A DNA stretch of 62,109 nt, the filler included, from Platydemus manokwari (taxonomy: Eukaryota), in NCBI GenBank assembly GCA_037951405.1. It is 5 parts of 5 records of this genome, joined end to end, with 100 filler letters (N's around TTAATTAATTAA, not from the genome) between each part and the next. Parts side by side here need not be neighbours in the genome. Positions count along the whole stretch, not along the records: positions 1 to 19,678 come from JBBMOY011800282.1; 4 more parts are not named here. The stretch is one strand, 5' to 3'. Below, piece after piece: positions 1 to 13,207 of this stretch; the stretch's first letter is position 1; each line of letters begins with the position of its first letter. Under the pieces are notes generated by a model. That model ran no database searches. It saw only the letters and a program-made list of their open reading frames with translations, and had not been told where the DNA came from. The translations under genes were made by a program, and so were the position numbers.

Positions 1-531
1 TGTTCAGCGTTATAACAATTTGTGTTAATAAAATACCTGCATAAAAACATGAATAACTTTTGACTCAACCTGGTATACCATCATCTAATTTCATTATTTT
101 AATCGATTTCATTTTAAAAATTATCAATATGCATTTTAACAAAATTTATCACAAAAAAATAACCGAAATACACACGAATATAATTGTTACTGTACAAATT
201 GCAAGTTCAATAGTCAAATCACAAGCTAGTTTGATGAAGTTTATACGAAATTGGTGTCTTCCTCTCCATTTCTTTTATAATTTGTCCTCTAAAATAATAA
301 TAAATATTATTATAATAATTCATTAAATTTGATATTTATATCTTATTGATTTATTATTAATAAAAATATTTAATAAATTATTATTTTTAAATAAAATTAA
401 ATATTGATTTTGTTAATTGTTTTTAATAATTCATTTGATATCATATTAAATATTTTATCAGAAATTATTGTAATAATTATTTATATTTTATTTGAAATGA
501 GAAAAATTTATAATAATATTGAAAATCAATT

Positions 532-2767
532 TCAAACCGGTGGCAAGCACGTGAACTGCACCACATTGAAGTCCTCATTATCTTCAGCTGGTTCAAGAGC
601 AGTGTTCTTGACATTATCTGATTCTGAATATAATTCCCTACCGGAAATCTGAAAATAAAATCAAAATTCGTTTATTTCAATCATTGAATATAAAATATCA
701 AAATATTATGATTATAAAAACACAATATTCTTACATTTTCGTCGCTATGCTGCTCCCTTGATAATTTCTTCCAGCACTTATCATATATTATATACCCAAA
801 TTGTATCACTATAACAACCGCCATCACACCGATAATGGTGACGAGAGAATTGTATTTCGTATCTAAACAAGTGTATTGATATTCTATATAAATCAATATT
901 CAAAACAATACCTTTCTCATTGTCCTTGCAAACATTCTGAATGAAAAAAACATCATTTAAAATATAATTTCAAAAATTTCATAAAAAACATTATCGACAA
1001 TGTTTACATTTTATAAAATAATATCGATTTTAATATTTGATAACAAATGGCAATATTAATTTCATAATGAATATCAAAAACCAATTGACAACGGCGAAAA
1101 TGATTTATTTGATTCCAGAAGAATTTGCTTAGATTTTATTTTTAAAATAAAAATAAGGATATTAATTTAAACAAATAATAATAATTTTTTGAAAAATTCA
1201 TTAATTATTGGCAATCTCTGCTTTCTTTTAAATTTCAAAGAACTCATACACTAACAGCTATTTGACCTTCATATGTTACTCATCAATTTCAAATTATCCT
1301 CATTTATCTTTAATGTTGCCACTTCAACGTGCTAATCAACACTGGCATAAATGAAAAAACGTCACATTTGATTAAACATCTGTCTTCTTGGTGAGACATT
1401 TGTTTGTTCGGTACTTGTGTTTCTCATTTATTGTTCTAATTTTTCAAACGCCAATTCAATTTATCATGACTGGGATTGGTCAATCCATGTGTTTATGTGC
1501 GTTGTGTAACCACGTGCTTGGTCAAATTGAAATTCCATGTTGCTTTTATATGGTTGGTTATCGTGACTGTGTGGATATTGATGAACGTAAAAAATTTAAA
1601 CGGGATTACCAAGTCGTCAAAATCCAAAATACTCAGGATTACTTCGTCTCTGATTTTGAAGTTTTCAAATCATATGAGTTTGTATTTTTATCAAAATGCA
1701 AATCATTATAAATCGTCTACTTTCTTGCAATATTGTTATGGTAGCATGAGCATTTTCCAATATTTCCATGTAAATTTCGTGTATCCTCAAACATGCTTTG
1801 AAGTTTTTCACAGGCAGGCTTACGATTTAACATTTACCGTAATTATTAATGAAACTATTTTCGTTATCAATTATTGATTTCAATTTTCATTTCAAACAAG
1901 TGAGCAAGCATTATTTTGGGAAAATAATGGAAATAAAATAAATCAATAATCTATTCAATTCAATTTTTTAAAAATTTCCAACGAATCATTATCGAGATCA
2001 CTAATATAAAATCACCAATAATAAATAAATCGAATATTAATAATTGATTTACATGGGATAATATCATCAAAATACGTTAAAAATTTTACAATAATATTTA
2101 CCTTTTCTATGGGTTTTGTCTGATTTTTTTGACTTAGATCAGGTAATTTAATTGTTATATTAGTTCGGGGTATGATCATATTTGTTATATTTCGAGAAAT
2201 TGTAAGACGACGATAGAGAGGTTTTGAAAGAAATCTACCTTTGTGAATTACAATTATATCTGAAAATATATCTGTGTGTATGCATTGAAACATTAAGAGC
2301 ATTATTTACCGGAAAGGTTTTTAAAAATGACATAATTGGGATGAATTTTGAACAAAACTACATTCAATTTTATTAAAAAGTAACCAATTTTTGTGCTATA
2401 AATATCAAACCTTTCAATCACCGAAAGGATATGAACATTAATGAAGTTAATATCAATGACTCCATTCGAGATGACTAAAATATGTCATAATCGATACAAC
2501 AAAAACCAATAATACTCACTATGGTTACACTTCTCCACATCTAGCAATGGGATATTGCAGAGACATTCTGACACTGTTAATCCATCCTCACATTCCGCTC
2601 CATAGCAATCTAGATCAACACATTTACGACCAGCGCTTTGCGTAAAATCAATACAATCTGAAAATAAAATCCAATATTTCAAAAGTCCTATCGTCATGAG
2701 CAGCTATCTGAAATTGAATTGAAAACTTACTTATTAATAATAATAATAATAATAATAATAATTTCAT
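532..2767 (-). CDS. Six-exon gene for a 207-aa single-pass type I membrane protein (signal peptide, Cys-rich N-terminal domain, N-glycosylated stalk, TM helix, acidic tail); family not recognised
   Basis: Exons 2767-2731, 2657-2520, 2259-2102, 936-912, 883-735, 648-532. All introns are GT..AG and all phases match (1,1,0,1,0); total 624 nt. Protein: MKLLLLLLLLLINCIDFTQSAGRKCVDLDCYGAECEDGLTVSECLCNIPLLDVEKCNHN...RNITNMIIPRTNITIK...NQTKPIEKNVCKDNEKEYQYTCLDTKYNSLVTIIGVMAVVIVIQFGYIIYDKCWKK...QFTCLPPV*. Confidence 0.85.
1250..1600 (-). mobile_element. Decayed LTR-like repeat inside intron 3 of the membrane-protein gene; boundaries approximate
   Basis: 1470-1575 (GGGATTGGTCAATCC...TTGTGTAACC...TGGTTGGTTATCGTGACTGTGTG) aligns by eye with 31175-31285 of the LTR at 30930-31375. 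Confidence 0.5.
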
Positions 2768-4548
2768 ATCGTCTAAAAATGAGGAAAATGAAATTGAATA
2801 ACCAAATACAATATTTATGTAAACAACTTTTATTTGAAGTAAAAATTAAAACATTTTGAATTTTTGATTTTATTATTCGAAAACAATTTTATTTTGTGCG
2901 ACATCAAAAATCAAATAAACTAGAATATTAAAATCTTTAAAAATTATTTACATTTGAAATTTGATTAAATTGGGTCGAAATACAATTAATTGAAAGTTAT
3001 CAAGAATCGCTTTCTTTACCATTAGAACGAACTGGAGAAAAAATAATGAAAAACAAATAATATATTGATTTATATTTTTTAAAAAATTGATTAGGATCAA
3101 GTAGATTTCAAAATCTTTTAACGAATTCAAAAAATCATATAGATAATAATGTTATCAACATGAGTGATATGAATCGAATAACAACTGGGTTAAACAATTC
3201 TGTAACATTTTTTTTTGCACTGATAGATTCTGGTTCCAAATACCAAAGAACAATTTGTAATAAAAACATTCATTAGATATTTATACAATGTGTGAACCCA
3301 AATATATTAGATCAGGTTGTTAGTGGATGACTGTAGATGAACTTTACTAAAATTTGTCATCAAATTGTTGACAAGACTTTGACGAAAATAAAAGAGATAG
3401 CAATATAATTACCTGTGAGCATTTTCAAAATAAATGAAATAATTCTAGAAAATAATAATATATTAAAATAATTTAACAGATAATTGCTGATATAATGCAA
3501 GATTATATACTAGAAAAGCGTGATCCGTATATTTGAATTTGTAGTTTTTATTTACTTTGTTTTAGTTTTCTTTGTGATGTGCCTTTTTTGTTTTTGTGCA
3601 TTTGTTTTTGTCGTTTATGTCATAAAGTTTTCTTTTGCAATTTTATTCAGGTTTTTATTTTTATTTTTATTTTTAGACAAAATTGAGTTTTTTGTGTACT
3701 ATAAAAAGCTTTCTTTATTAGAATGTTTAATCTTAAAAATTTGAAATTCGTTTGGAAAATTCTAATTAATTTATTATTTTAGTAAAAGTATAGATGTAAT
3801 AATTGTGAAGCCAAAAAGCAAAATTTCAAGAAATTTAGAAGAGTTAATAATTGTCAAATTAGTGTTATACTCTGGTGGTGGAACGAAGGAAGATGAATAA
3901 ATACACATGTCTGTTAGTTCATATGATCAATGGAAAAAAAAGAATGTCGAAACAGAAACGGCAGGACATGAAATATCAACTAGTAGATTTTGATGACTAA
4001 AGAGATATTATTGAATATAATCGAAAAGACAAGTTGAAAATACCTTAAATAAACCTGGGATTAACTGAAGGAAAATCCAACCAAAAGAAAACCCCAAAAA
4101 TATGCAAAACCAACTAAATAGATATTGGTGACTAAAAATAAAAGTGACACGAATGAAAAACCTAAAAACTAATGGGATGGAATGAAAGAAAGGCCACGCT
4201 AAAGAAAACCCAGAAATTTAATAAATTTGGAGAGCATCGTGTATTTTGCAAATTTTTTATTATTATTGGAAGTTTTATATTTTTTGAAATTATGTTTTTT
4301 ATTTACGTGAAAGAAATAAAATTTATAAACCAAAATTTGATTAGTTAAAAATTACCAATTTAAGAATACTATAAACCAATTTAATGGAACAGTAGAGATA
4401 GGTACCATGAATAATTTAGAAATTGTCTTTGTTATCCATATAAAGAGATATCATTTCATTACATTTATGTGTTGGTTTATGAGGTTATTTAAAATTTTTA
4501 TAACTGCAACAATCGAACAATAATAGTGTATTGATTTAAGTGACAATA

Positions 4549-4994
4549 TATAGGGTTGACCAGAGTTGGCTTATGTACCGTGCATATTATTTAAGGTATT
4601 GGTAAAAGCAATACTTTTATTTACAAATACTTAAATTGTCCATCATTTCCTTTGATACACTTCAAAACTCTGTTCTTCATCGATGAATACACTTCGCGAT
4701 AAAGTTCCTGAGTAATTAAGTGAAGAGCGTTGGTTATTATTTCTTTCAATTCTTCAAGGTAGTTTAGTACAACACACAGCTTCCATTATAATTCTTCAAA
4801 GACGGAGAGATGTCGGAGGATCTTTTTTTAACGTAAGGTTTGAAATCCAATGAAAATACTGAATTAATCATTTCAAACTGCGCGCGTCCATATTAACAAG
4901 CCAAATTTAATAAAAACAGCGTATATAAAAGAGGTAAATAAGTGATTGAATAATTTATGTGCCAACGCCCCTTACTTTTGCTCCATCCTGTATA
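4549..4994 (-). mobile_element. Internally deleted Tc1/mariner-superfamily remnant
   Basis: The minus strand encodes a typical transposase C-terminus, LEELKEIITNALHLITQELYREVYSSMKNRVLKCIKGNDGQFKYL*. Degenerate TIRs (TATAGGGTTGACCAGAG / TTTTGCTCCATCCTGTATA) are flanked by TA. Confidence 0.6.
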
Positions 4995-5799
4995 ATATTT
5001 ATTGGATGTACAAAAGTATTCCTACATGAAAAATTATGTTGAATATTTAATTTATATTAATACGATTTTATATAAAATTAGAATTAAATTAGAATTAAAT
5101 TTGAATTAAAAATTTAATTCACATAAAATTTTATTCATTTAAAATATCCAGTCTCAATTTTTGAAGTCCAGAAAAATAAAAATTCCAAAAAAAATTTCAA
5201 TGGAAAAACAATCAATTTATTTCTCCCAAAAAACAATGGATCTCCAATATGTCGAGACCATAGAAGGCATAGATCTACAAGCCATTTTAAAATACCGTAA
5301 TCACCCAAGTATAATGCTCCCCCTACTTTTAAATTTAAAAACTGGTCTTTTTAGACATATCCAAATATAACGCTCCCCTAAGTTTTCAAATTTTTCTGTT
5401 AAAAAATTAAGAGTTTTTGTGAATAAAATTTTATATCAGACAATTACATCTTCTGCAATTGAAATGAAATTACTTTGTTATCAAGGTCTGAAGATAGGTT
5501 TATAGTGATTTTGCCTTCTGCTTTAGGCTTAGGCCATTTCTCTGTATCTTGGTTAGATTAGTTGGTAGTAAGGCATTAGTATAGCTGCTACTTACTATTG
5601 ATGCTTTTAAATATTTAATTAAGGATTTTAGAATATTTTTTAGAAATTATTAATTATATGAACTATGATAATGAATTGAATTTTACTTGGCTAAACAATT
5701 AGAGATTGACGCAATGTTCCTGAATAATCGTAGTAAGTTTCAAATAGTTTTCGGAAGATGTGATTTCGAAGTAGCTTCAGATAGGCTTGGCAGGATATG

Positions 5800-5935
5800 A
5801 TTTCAATTAAGCTTCGTAGAATGGAATTTCGATTATCTTCGTACAACGTAATTTCAATTATTCTTGCAGCATATAATTTCGATTATTCTTGCAGCATATA
5901 ATTTCGATTATCTTCGTAAAATATAATTTCGGTTA
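5800..5935. repeat. 25-bp minisatellite, about 5.5 copies
   Basis: Consecutive units of the type ATTTCGATTATCTTCGTACAACGTA / ATTTCGATTATTCTTGCAGCATATA. Confidence 0.85.
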
Positions 5936-6071
5936 CGCTTAGTAATTCGACGTTGAAATAATTTGTTCCAATTAGTGCGTGTTTTTGATTTCTGTTCTTA
6001 GTATTTATGTGTGGAGGCTCTGTAGGTGTTTCTTCCAACTCCCACATTTAATACTAATTTATAATTTATAT

Positions 6072-6917
6072 TGTTGGGTCTACCGAGAGTAGAGCGCAAC
6101 AATTCCTATTAATGACCTGACTCCAAAATCAAAACAAAGTTGCACACTAAGTTATATTTATATAACAATATATACAACTTTCAGCCCCTAATAAAGTTCT
6201 GGCTAGTTTATTCAAATACGGAACTGGTCCGCTTCAACAATCTGAATTACTGGTCGAGGAATTACTTCTGGCTGATACTAAGAATACCAGCGTGCGTAAG
6301 CGGGTTACGGACGCTCAATATAATTACTTTTTACAAATACCGATATTCGGGAAGCACTGTCCACGAATATCACACAGTAGGCTCTACTTTTATCTGCTAA
6401 TATCAATATTCGGGAACACTGTCCTCGAATATTTTATAAATACTATATATGAATAAAATATAACCTGCTCCTTAACGTCGGCTCACTTGCGACAAGATAA
6501 AATAGCTTCTTGTTAATTTGTTCTTACGAATACGTTGCTCAAGGGTCCTTTTCTATGAACAACTCCCTGGTTATAATTGATTAATTCCTTCCACTAAAAT
6601 TGGTCTGTCTGAATTCTAGATCTGGTAATCTTCTTCTGAAATTATGGCTTCTCTGTTTTCAACCGTAATTTCTCTACGGTGTCGGAATTTCTGGCGAAAA
6701 ATATAGCAGTCAGCAACTAAGTGTCTTCAGTTTATTACTGCATCACTGTGCAGTGGACCAATTAACCACCACCTCGTGCTGATTAACCACCAATTCCATG
6801 AGTTGATGTTGTTTTGTCCTGAAATCGGTCGAAACTATTTCGCCGATTGACTATCTCCCAGTCAGGCCAAAGTCCATTTTCCCACCAACTTAACTAGTTG
6901 GTACTTTAGTCCTGACA
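6072..6917 (-). mobile_element. Solo LTR (846 bp), Ty3/gypsy-like
   Basis: Termini TGTTG...TGACA with a perfect ATAT target-site duplication (6068-6071, 6918-6921). A homologous inverted copy lies at 40220-40540. TATA-like motif on the minus strand near 6435. Confidence 0.75.
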
Positions 6918-9900
6918 ATATTCGAAATTCTCGACAATTTCCGACCTTGGAAATTGGTTCTTATTTTTAATTAAATGATTCAGTCAAACAAACTGAATCA
7001 TTTTAATTAATTTTATTCTTAATTTTTAATATTATTATGCTTAAATATTTATCTTTGAAAGAAATAATTTTATTTTAATAACTTTTATTCTATTTTAGCT
7101 TTATTTATATATTTTCACATTTAACTCATTTCAATTCAAACTCCTTTAGTTCCTTTTAAATCAATCAGTTTTTGTTATTTCTTTTAATAACTATATCTAA
7201 TTGGTGGACTCTTCAATATTATTATTATTATTCCTCAAAATAATAATTATTATTATTAATATTGTTTCTCAATTATTGTGGTTTTTTGAAATATAATTAT
7301 TGTTTTGATATATAATATATAATTTGTAGTTTTATAATTTTTTTTCACATAGATCAATCAAAATCATATACAATTTTTTTACATAAATAAATCATGTAAG
7401 ATTAAAAAATCAGATTCACTAAAGGTAAGATTAGCCAGATAATTCAAAAATAATCACAAAAAGTAAAATATAATTGTCATTCATCCGTGTCTACCTTCCA
7501 ATGAAGACTTTGATAAGAGGAGGTTGATTGAGGCGATTGCGGCTTGATCTTCTGATACAAGGATGATGATAGAGATGATATTGTTGAGCCTGAGCTTTGT
7601 TCCATTCTATAACACTTGTAAAAACAGTAATCCTTTTCATTTAAAGCTTAGCAAATAAAATAGAGAAATAATGTTAATAAAGAATATGCGGGAATAAGTT
7701 AAATAATCATCAATATAATATTTACCTTCGAAAAAGATTAATAGCGCTTTTATTGGGAAATTTTTGGAGAATTGTGAGATTATTCTATTCCATTAAAAAT
7801 AATAAGATTGGTTAACGACCACACAGTACAAATCATATAAATAGGGGGAAATTTCAATAATAACCCAATAGTAACCAATTAGAAAGAGCACTATCACTTT
7901 GAAAAGCGAAAATCTACCAACATCTGCGATCATTTGTTTTATACTCTACGAGTCTCAAGACCATTACCAGTAAGCCTATAAGGTTAAGTAAGCGTTTAAT
8001 ATTGTAAACAACGGATTGATATTATAACATTTGTAATTTCCGACTATCGAATTATGTCTCAAATATCTTTACCCCCAAGAGTGTGGAGCGTATAAACTGT
8101 AAGTTACTTTTGAATTCAGGATTAATTGTATAGTGTATAGTGTTAAAATCAATTATATTATTGGTATCATTTTTATTTATTGATGTTATTTTAGTTGTCA
8201 GTGTATAAAGTAATTCCAATAAATTTTTATAGAATCAATAAATTGGTTTTTGATTGATATGAATAATTGAATTAGAACTATAGGATTAGAAAAAGCATTT
8301 AGAGGTATTAAGAGACTGATTAGAATGTTTACAGTAACTAATAGGTCATGTTTTTCGCTTCTATAGTCTTCTTGCGGTATTAAGTGCGAGGAGAAGAAAG
8401 AAAGTTATAATAAGGTTACAATGTGACCTGAGGTCTTAACCAGATACTCACAGAGACTGATTAAGACGACGATAGTCCTATACCGAAAATCAATAGTTAA
8501 GATAATTGAAGAAGAATAAAGTGTATAAGGCCCAAACGTATCAATATCATTTGAAGAGAATTAAATAATTTGAAACTTGAAATTGTTTTTAATTACTTCA
8601 TATTGATTTACAATAATAACAATTTTCATTCGGATTTTTTCCCATTTCTTTATATTGATTTACAGTATTAACAATTTTCAAGTGCAACATGAAGTTGTTT
8701 AACAGTAACAGTTTCAATAAGATTTCAATAATTATAATTCCTATTGTTTTATTTCACATTCCAACAATAGTGAGTTGTGTCTGAATTATTGTATTTGAAT
8801 TGACATTAAATGTATTGCATTACACCCTAACATTGATTGTTATTATTTAAGTTGAAGTTAATCTTAGTATTAATAATTACAGTTAATCAGAACACGTGTT
8901 ACTGTATGCTTTGTGATTTGTTCTGTTTATCCGTTTATCGTATCGTGTGTATCTGTGTTTAATATCTTACATTTCGTCTTTGTCTTTATCTTACAAGGCA
9001 TATATATGCAACAATAAATAATCAAAATTATATAAAAATAAAAAACCATTAATAATTTCATAAATACAACAGTTTCACAATAGAAAGAGAAATTTCAGAA
9101 TAGAAGACAAAAAATCTGAATAAAAACTGACAAAGAAAAAAGTGATTTTCAACAACTAAACGAAATGAAAAAATTAAATTTGGGAAATTTTACTGATAAA
9201 TAAATAAATAATAAATATTTTACTTATTTGTAAGAAAAGTTGCTTGATAATTAAATTAATAGATAGCGTCTGAACTTGTATAACATATAGAACATAAATT
9301 AGAATTCTATACCTTTTAATTAGATTGAAATTCTTAGCGCACTTGTGCTTCTCGGCAAATTATCCATTCAATTATTCTATGTTAATTAAATTGTGAGTTA
9401 AATTTTAATGTTGTTACAGTTAATTAATAAACGATATAAGAAAGCACTTTCTGAGTTATTTTATCCAGAAAACAACGAAGTTGTTTTAAAAAATAGTATT
9501 GCCAAAACAAAAATAATGGCACCAGTGAAGTGGATAGCAATGCAAAATAATAGAAGGGAGTACAATAAATGGCAGGAGTAATCCTTATTCATTTTATAGT
9601 AATTAAAATAATGGGAAGTGTAATGCGAGAAACAACGGAAATGCAGACTAAATTTACTGAGGACCAGAATCAACACCATTAGCAACACGATGAATGTACA
9701 TAACAACCTGATGAACTTAAGTATCATTACACCCTACAAATGGGTAACTAATGTTCACGAAAAGTAAAAGGACCATACGTAAGACTGGGCTATAATAGGA
9801 AAAAAACTTTTCTATTCTGTTTTATTCTGCCTTTTATACTAAATTTTTGTGTAGCTTTCTTTATGCTTTTCTGATTGGTTAATTTTATTTAGTTATTGTA

Positions 9901-12900
9901 TTTGACTATTTAATTGGTTTTCATGGCAACTTTGTAGGTTATTACGGAAACACATTAGTTGCCATCACTGTTTATTTAATTTTAATCAATATCCATTATT
10001 ATTTGTTTATAATAATATAATCTGGGCTAGAGCCCTCATTTTCTCTCTACTCTATTGTTATATAATTATATTCTTTGTTATTATTTCTTGTTTGCGCTGT
10101 TTATATTCTAAACATATCAATGATTATTAAGAAGATATTAAGAAGCATTGTCACGAAGAAACATGTGCCTTGTAAGAAACATTTTAAATAGCAGCACATC
10201 TTGCATATGTTGGAATTGCTATTAAGAAAAATGTTTGTTATTATTTGATAACTATTTGTTATTTATTTGAAGCACGTGTTGCTAATTATTAATTTTTATT
10301 TTTTTATTCTCAAAATATCTATCTATCTATATGTATCTACTGTATTTATAAGGTTATTTCCTTCATTACCAGAAATACAAATAGGACATCTTACAAATAT
10401 TTATTATTTATAAATCAAATTATATGATTTATACAAATATCACATTGTCGTTCGAAAATCAAATAAAAAAGGTAAAAACTTATCCATAGGCGGACAAAAC
10501 AGATCAAAACAAGTTTACGATTTAGCACAATAATAACGCGAAGATAATTATGCAATGAAGTTTTTAAACTTCAATAATTAACGTGAAATATTACAAAAAT
10601 TATGCCACAAATTACCTTGCTACTGCCAATCACTACCAGCATTCCCTGATTATGTCGAAATGTTGCCTACTGAATGTCAAGTAGTCTTCTAATGATTTTG
10701 CTTTGCAAATGTTGGCGTGTCAGTGTTGATGTCTCACGATCCTGGTTTTATATTATCGACCTACATGTGCTTTACCTGTCATCTTTCGTTTCGTTTATTT
10801 TGTAAAGAATTCATTAAACCTTCATATTTGTTGACAATTTGATTTTTTATTTTCTTATTAATTCGCTATTTAATTTATTTTATAAAAATATTTTGTTTGT
10901 CATATTTTATAAAAATAGATATATAATTTATTACTTTTATATCATTAGTCAATTATTATTCATTTTATTATCTTGTATCTCTATTGTACTAACCATTTTG
11001 CTCTTAATTCATAACTTAAAAAAAATGTTAAAGAAATAAAATTTTCAAATAAACCTATTAAAGATTTCAAGCAACGATTAAAGTAATATAAATCGTTAAA
11101 TACAAATCATGTAATGATAAATTATCTCTAAGAATAAAACGTTCAATTGTTAGAAATATAGACATGTTTATTGGGATTGGTTACTGATAAATCACTTTTG
11201 TGCCGTAAGCTTTTGGGATGTTTTAACATCTCTAGAGTTTTGATTGATATTTTAAAGGATTGAATTGTGGATTATATTTGTTTCTGGATTATAGATTTGA
11301 TTAGTTTGGTCGTATTGGATTAAATAAGAGATTACTGGATGTTTGATGATTTTGATGTGGATGATTTTGCGATATTTGAAGCTGGGATATCTACCAAAAT
11401 TTTCCTATTCTTTCTCTATTATTTCATATCACTATGTTGATATCTATCTATTGATTAATTTAAAATTATCGCGTCTCAGATAAATTTCAACAAGTTTTCA
11501 CTTTTAGAATGAGTTTCACTCAAGTCGTTTATATGGTGATTTGTCTGTTTCTCCTGTTCTATTTTATACAAAATTTCATATCGAACTTTGGTCTTTGTTT
11601 ATTGAGTTATCATTAATTTTTAGCTTATTTTTCCATAAATATTTCATTATTCATTTTATTTATATATTATTATTATTATTATTATTATTATTGGTTCATT
11701 ATTTGCAGTTCACTATTCTATAAATATTTTATTAACTTGTTTACTTTATTTGATTATTATAAGCATTCAAACATAATTTTGTTAAGTTTAGAACTACTCT
11801 AACTTAACGGCTCAATCTAATTCTCCTAATCTGACTCCTACTCAAATTCCGGTGCACAATAATTAAAAACAAATACGTCTTTCTGATTAAGATAAATTTA
11901 TATTGCATTTTACATCGATTAATAACGTTGATGGAACACAAGTCCCTAAAAAGTTATGTTAATAAAATTAGGACCAAATCCCGATACTTCTTCTGAATAC
12001 CTCAACTCAGAATCTACTCCTGGCTAATATTACACAACAATGCACTAGCGCATTACTAATACCATAAATACTTCTTTGATGCTTTTAATCCCGTACAACT
12101 ACACTTGTTGCAAAAAACGTCTTACCTTTTGAAGTTTCTTGCTGAATGGGTGAAAATAAAGAGTTAGCTCGCTCTTTGTATAATTATTTTCACCATGCAC
12201 ATCCCTTCTGTGTGCATCCTGTTGTTCATACTTACTACAGCATGAACCGTCTATTTATTTATTCTAATTACCGGCTATAGATGGTAATTGTTATTATTAT
12301 CTGCAAACTTTACATTTGCACTACTTCATTAACCTTATTAATTAATATTAAATTTAATCTTTCAAATATTTTAGTTTTAATGTCACGATGTTAATTATAG
12401 TAATTTAATTCCATTTTGTTTAAATATCATTTTATTTTATTTTATATAATCATATTTTGGTTAATATTACTTGTTATCAAATTGTTTATTCTTTACTTTA
12501 TTTTTCAAAATTATTTGATTTATCTTTGTTGCTTATTTTTGAACTCATCATCATTAATTATTATCATCTTTGTACTGATAGACGTCGGTTAATATGATCA
12601 TATCAGTTCCGGTATAAATATTGATTAACTAAAATTGATTGAAATCCGTTAAAACTAAACCTCATCCTATGCAGAAAATGTTTTTGTCATCCCTCGTAAT
12701 TAATCAAGAAAGAAATATCAATCTATCTTTATCTGTTTTATAAGCCTAAGTATAATCAATTCAACCAATCCAATTTGTCTACATATATTAAAATGATTTC
12801 ATATATTTTAAAAAACTACATTTTAAAAAATTTTTAATGATATTAGGTGAGATTAATTATTAATAATCTGTAGTAAATGGTAAGCAAATATTCGATTAAA

Positions 12901-13007
12901 ATGATATTAAACGAGTATTGATGTTAACAGAATTCCAATGATTTTGTTATCTGATTTTTCTCGAAATTATTTAGTCCTATTAATATATCTGAATTACTAT
13001 TGTTCAG

Positions 13008-13207
13008 GCGAGCCGATTGCAGATAGTTATTTGGTATGCTCTCGTGGAAACAATTCGATTTTGATTGTTGCTGATGGGGTCAATTGGGGTCGGCAAGCGA
13101 AAATAGCAAGTAGATGCGCAATATATGCATGCTATCGACATTTGGAGAAGAGACTCTTTCAACAATTTCGTCAGGACGCTACAAATAATCAAATATTTAC
13201 AACATCA
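13008..13207 (+). CDS. Internal exon of a PP2C-like domain protein (Drosophila CG9801-type)
   Basis: Acceptor TTGTTCAG at 13007, donor GTATTT at 13208. Peptide GEPIADSYLVCSRGNNSILIVADGVNWGRQAKIASRCAIYACYRHL contains the PIAD and ADGVNWG...ASRCA motifs of this PP2C-like group. No other exons were found in the window. Confidence 0.85.

Noticed and set aside
1388-1877. Two overlapping + ORFs (107 and 133 aa), one Cys-rich
   Set aside because: They lie in an intron of the - strand gene and overlap an LTR-family repeat; no splice or domain support.
5800-5935. 25-bp repeats as a CRISPR-like array
   Set aside because: Units are contiguous with no unique spacers, there are no cas genes, and the DNA is eukaryotic.
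9461-11723. Hydrophobic F/I/L-rich ORFs (9461-9727, 10839-11039, 11541-11723; similarly 3520-3744)
   Set aside because: Expected by chance in T-rich, low-GC DNA; no splice signals or motifs.
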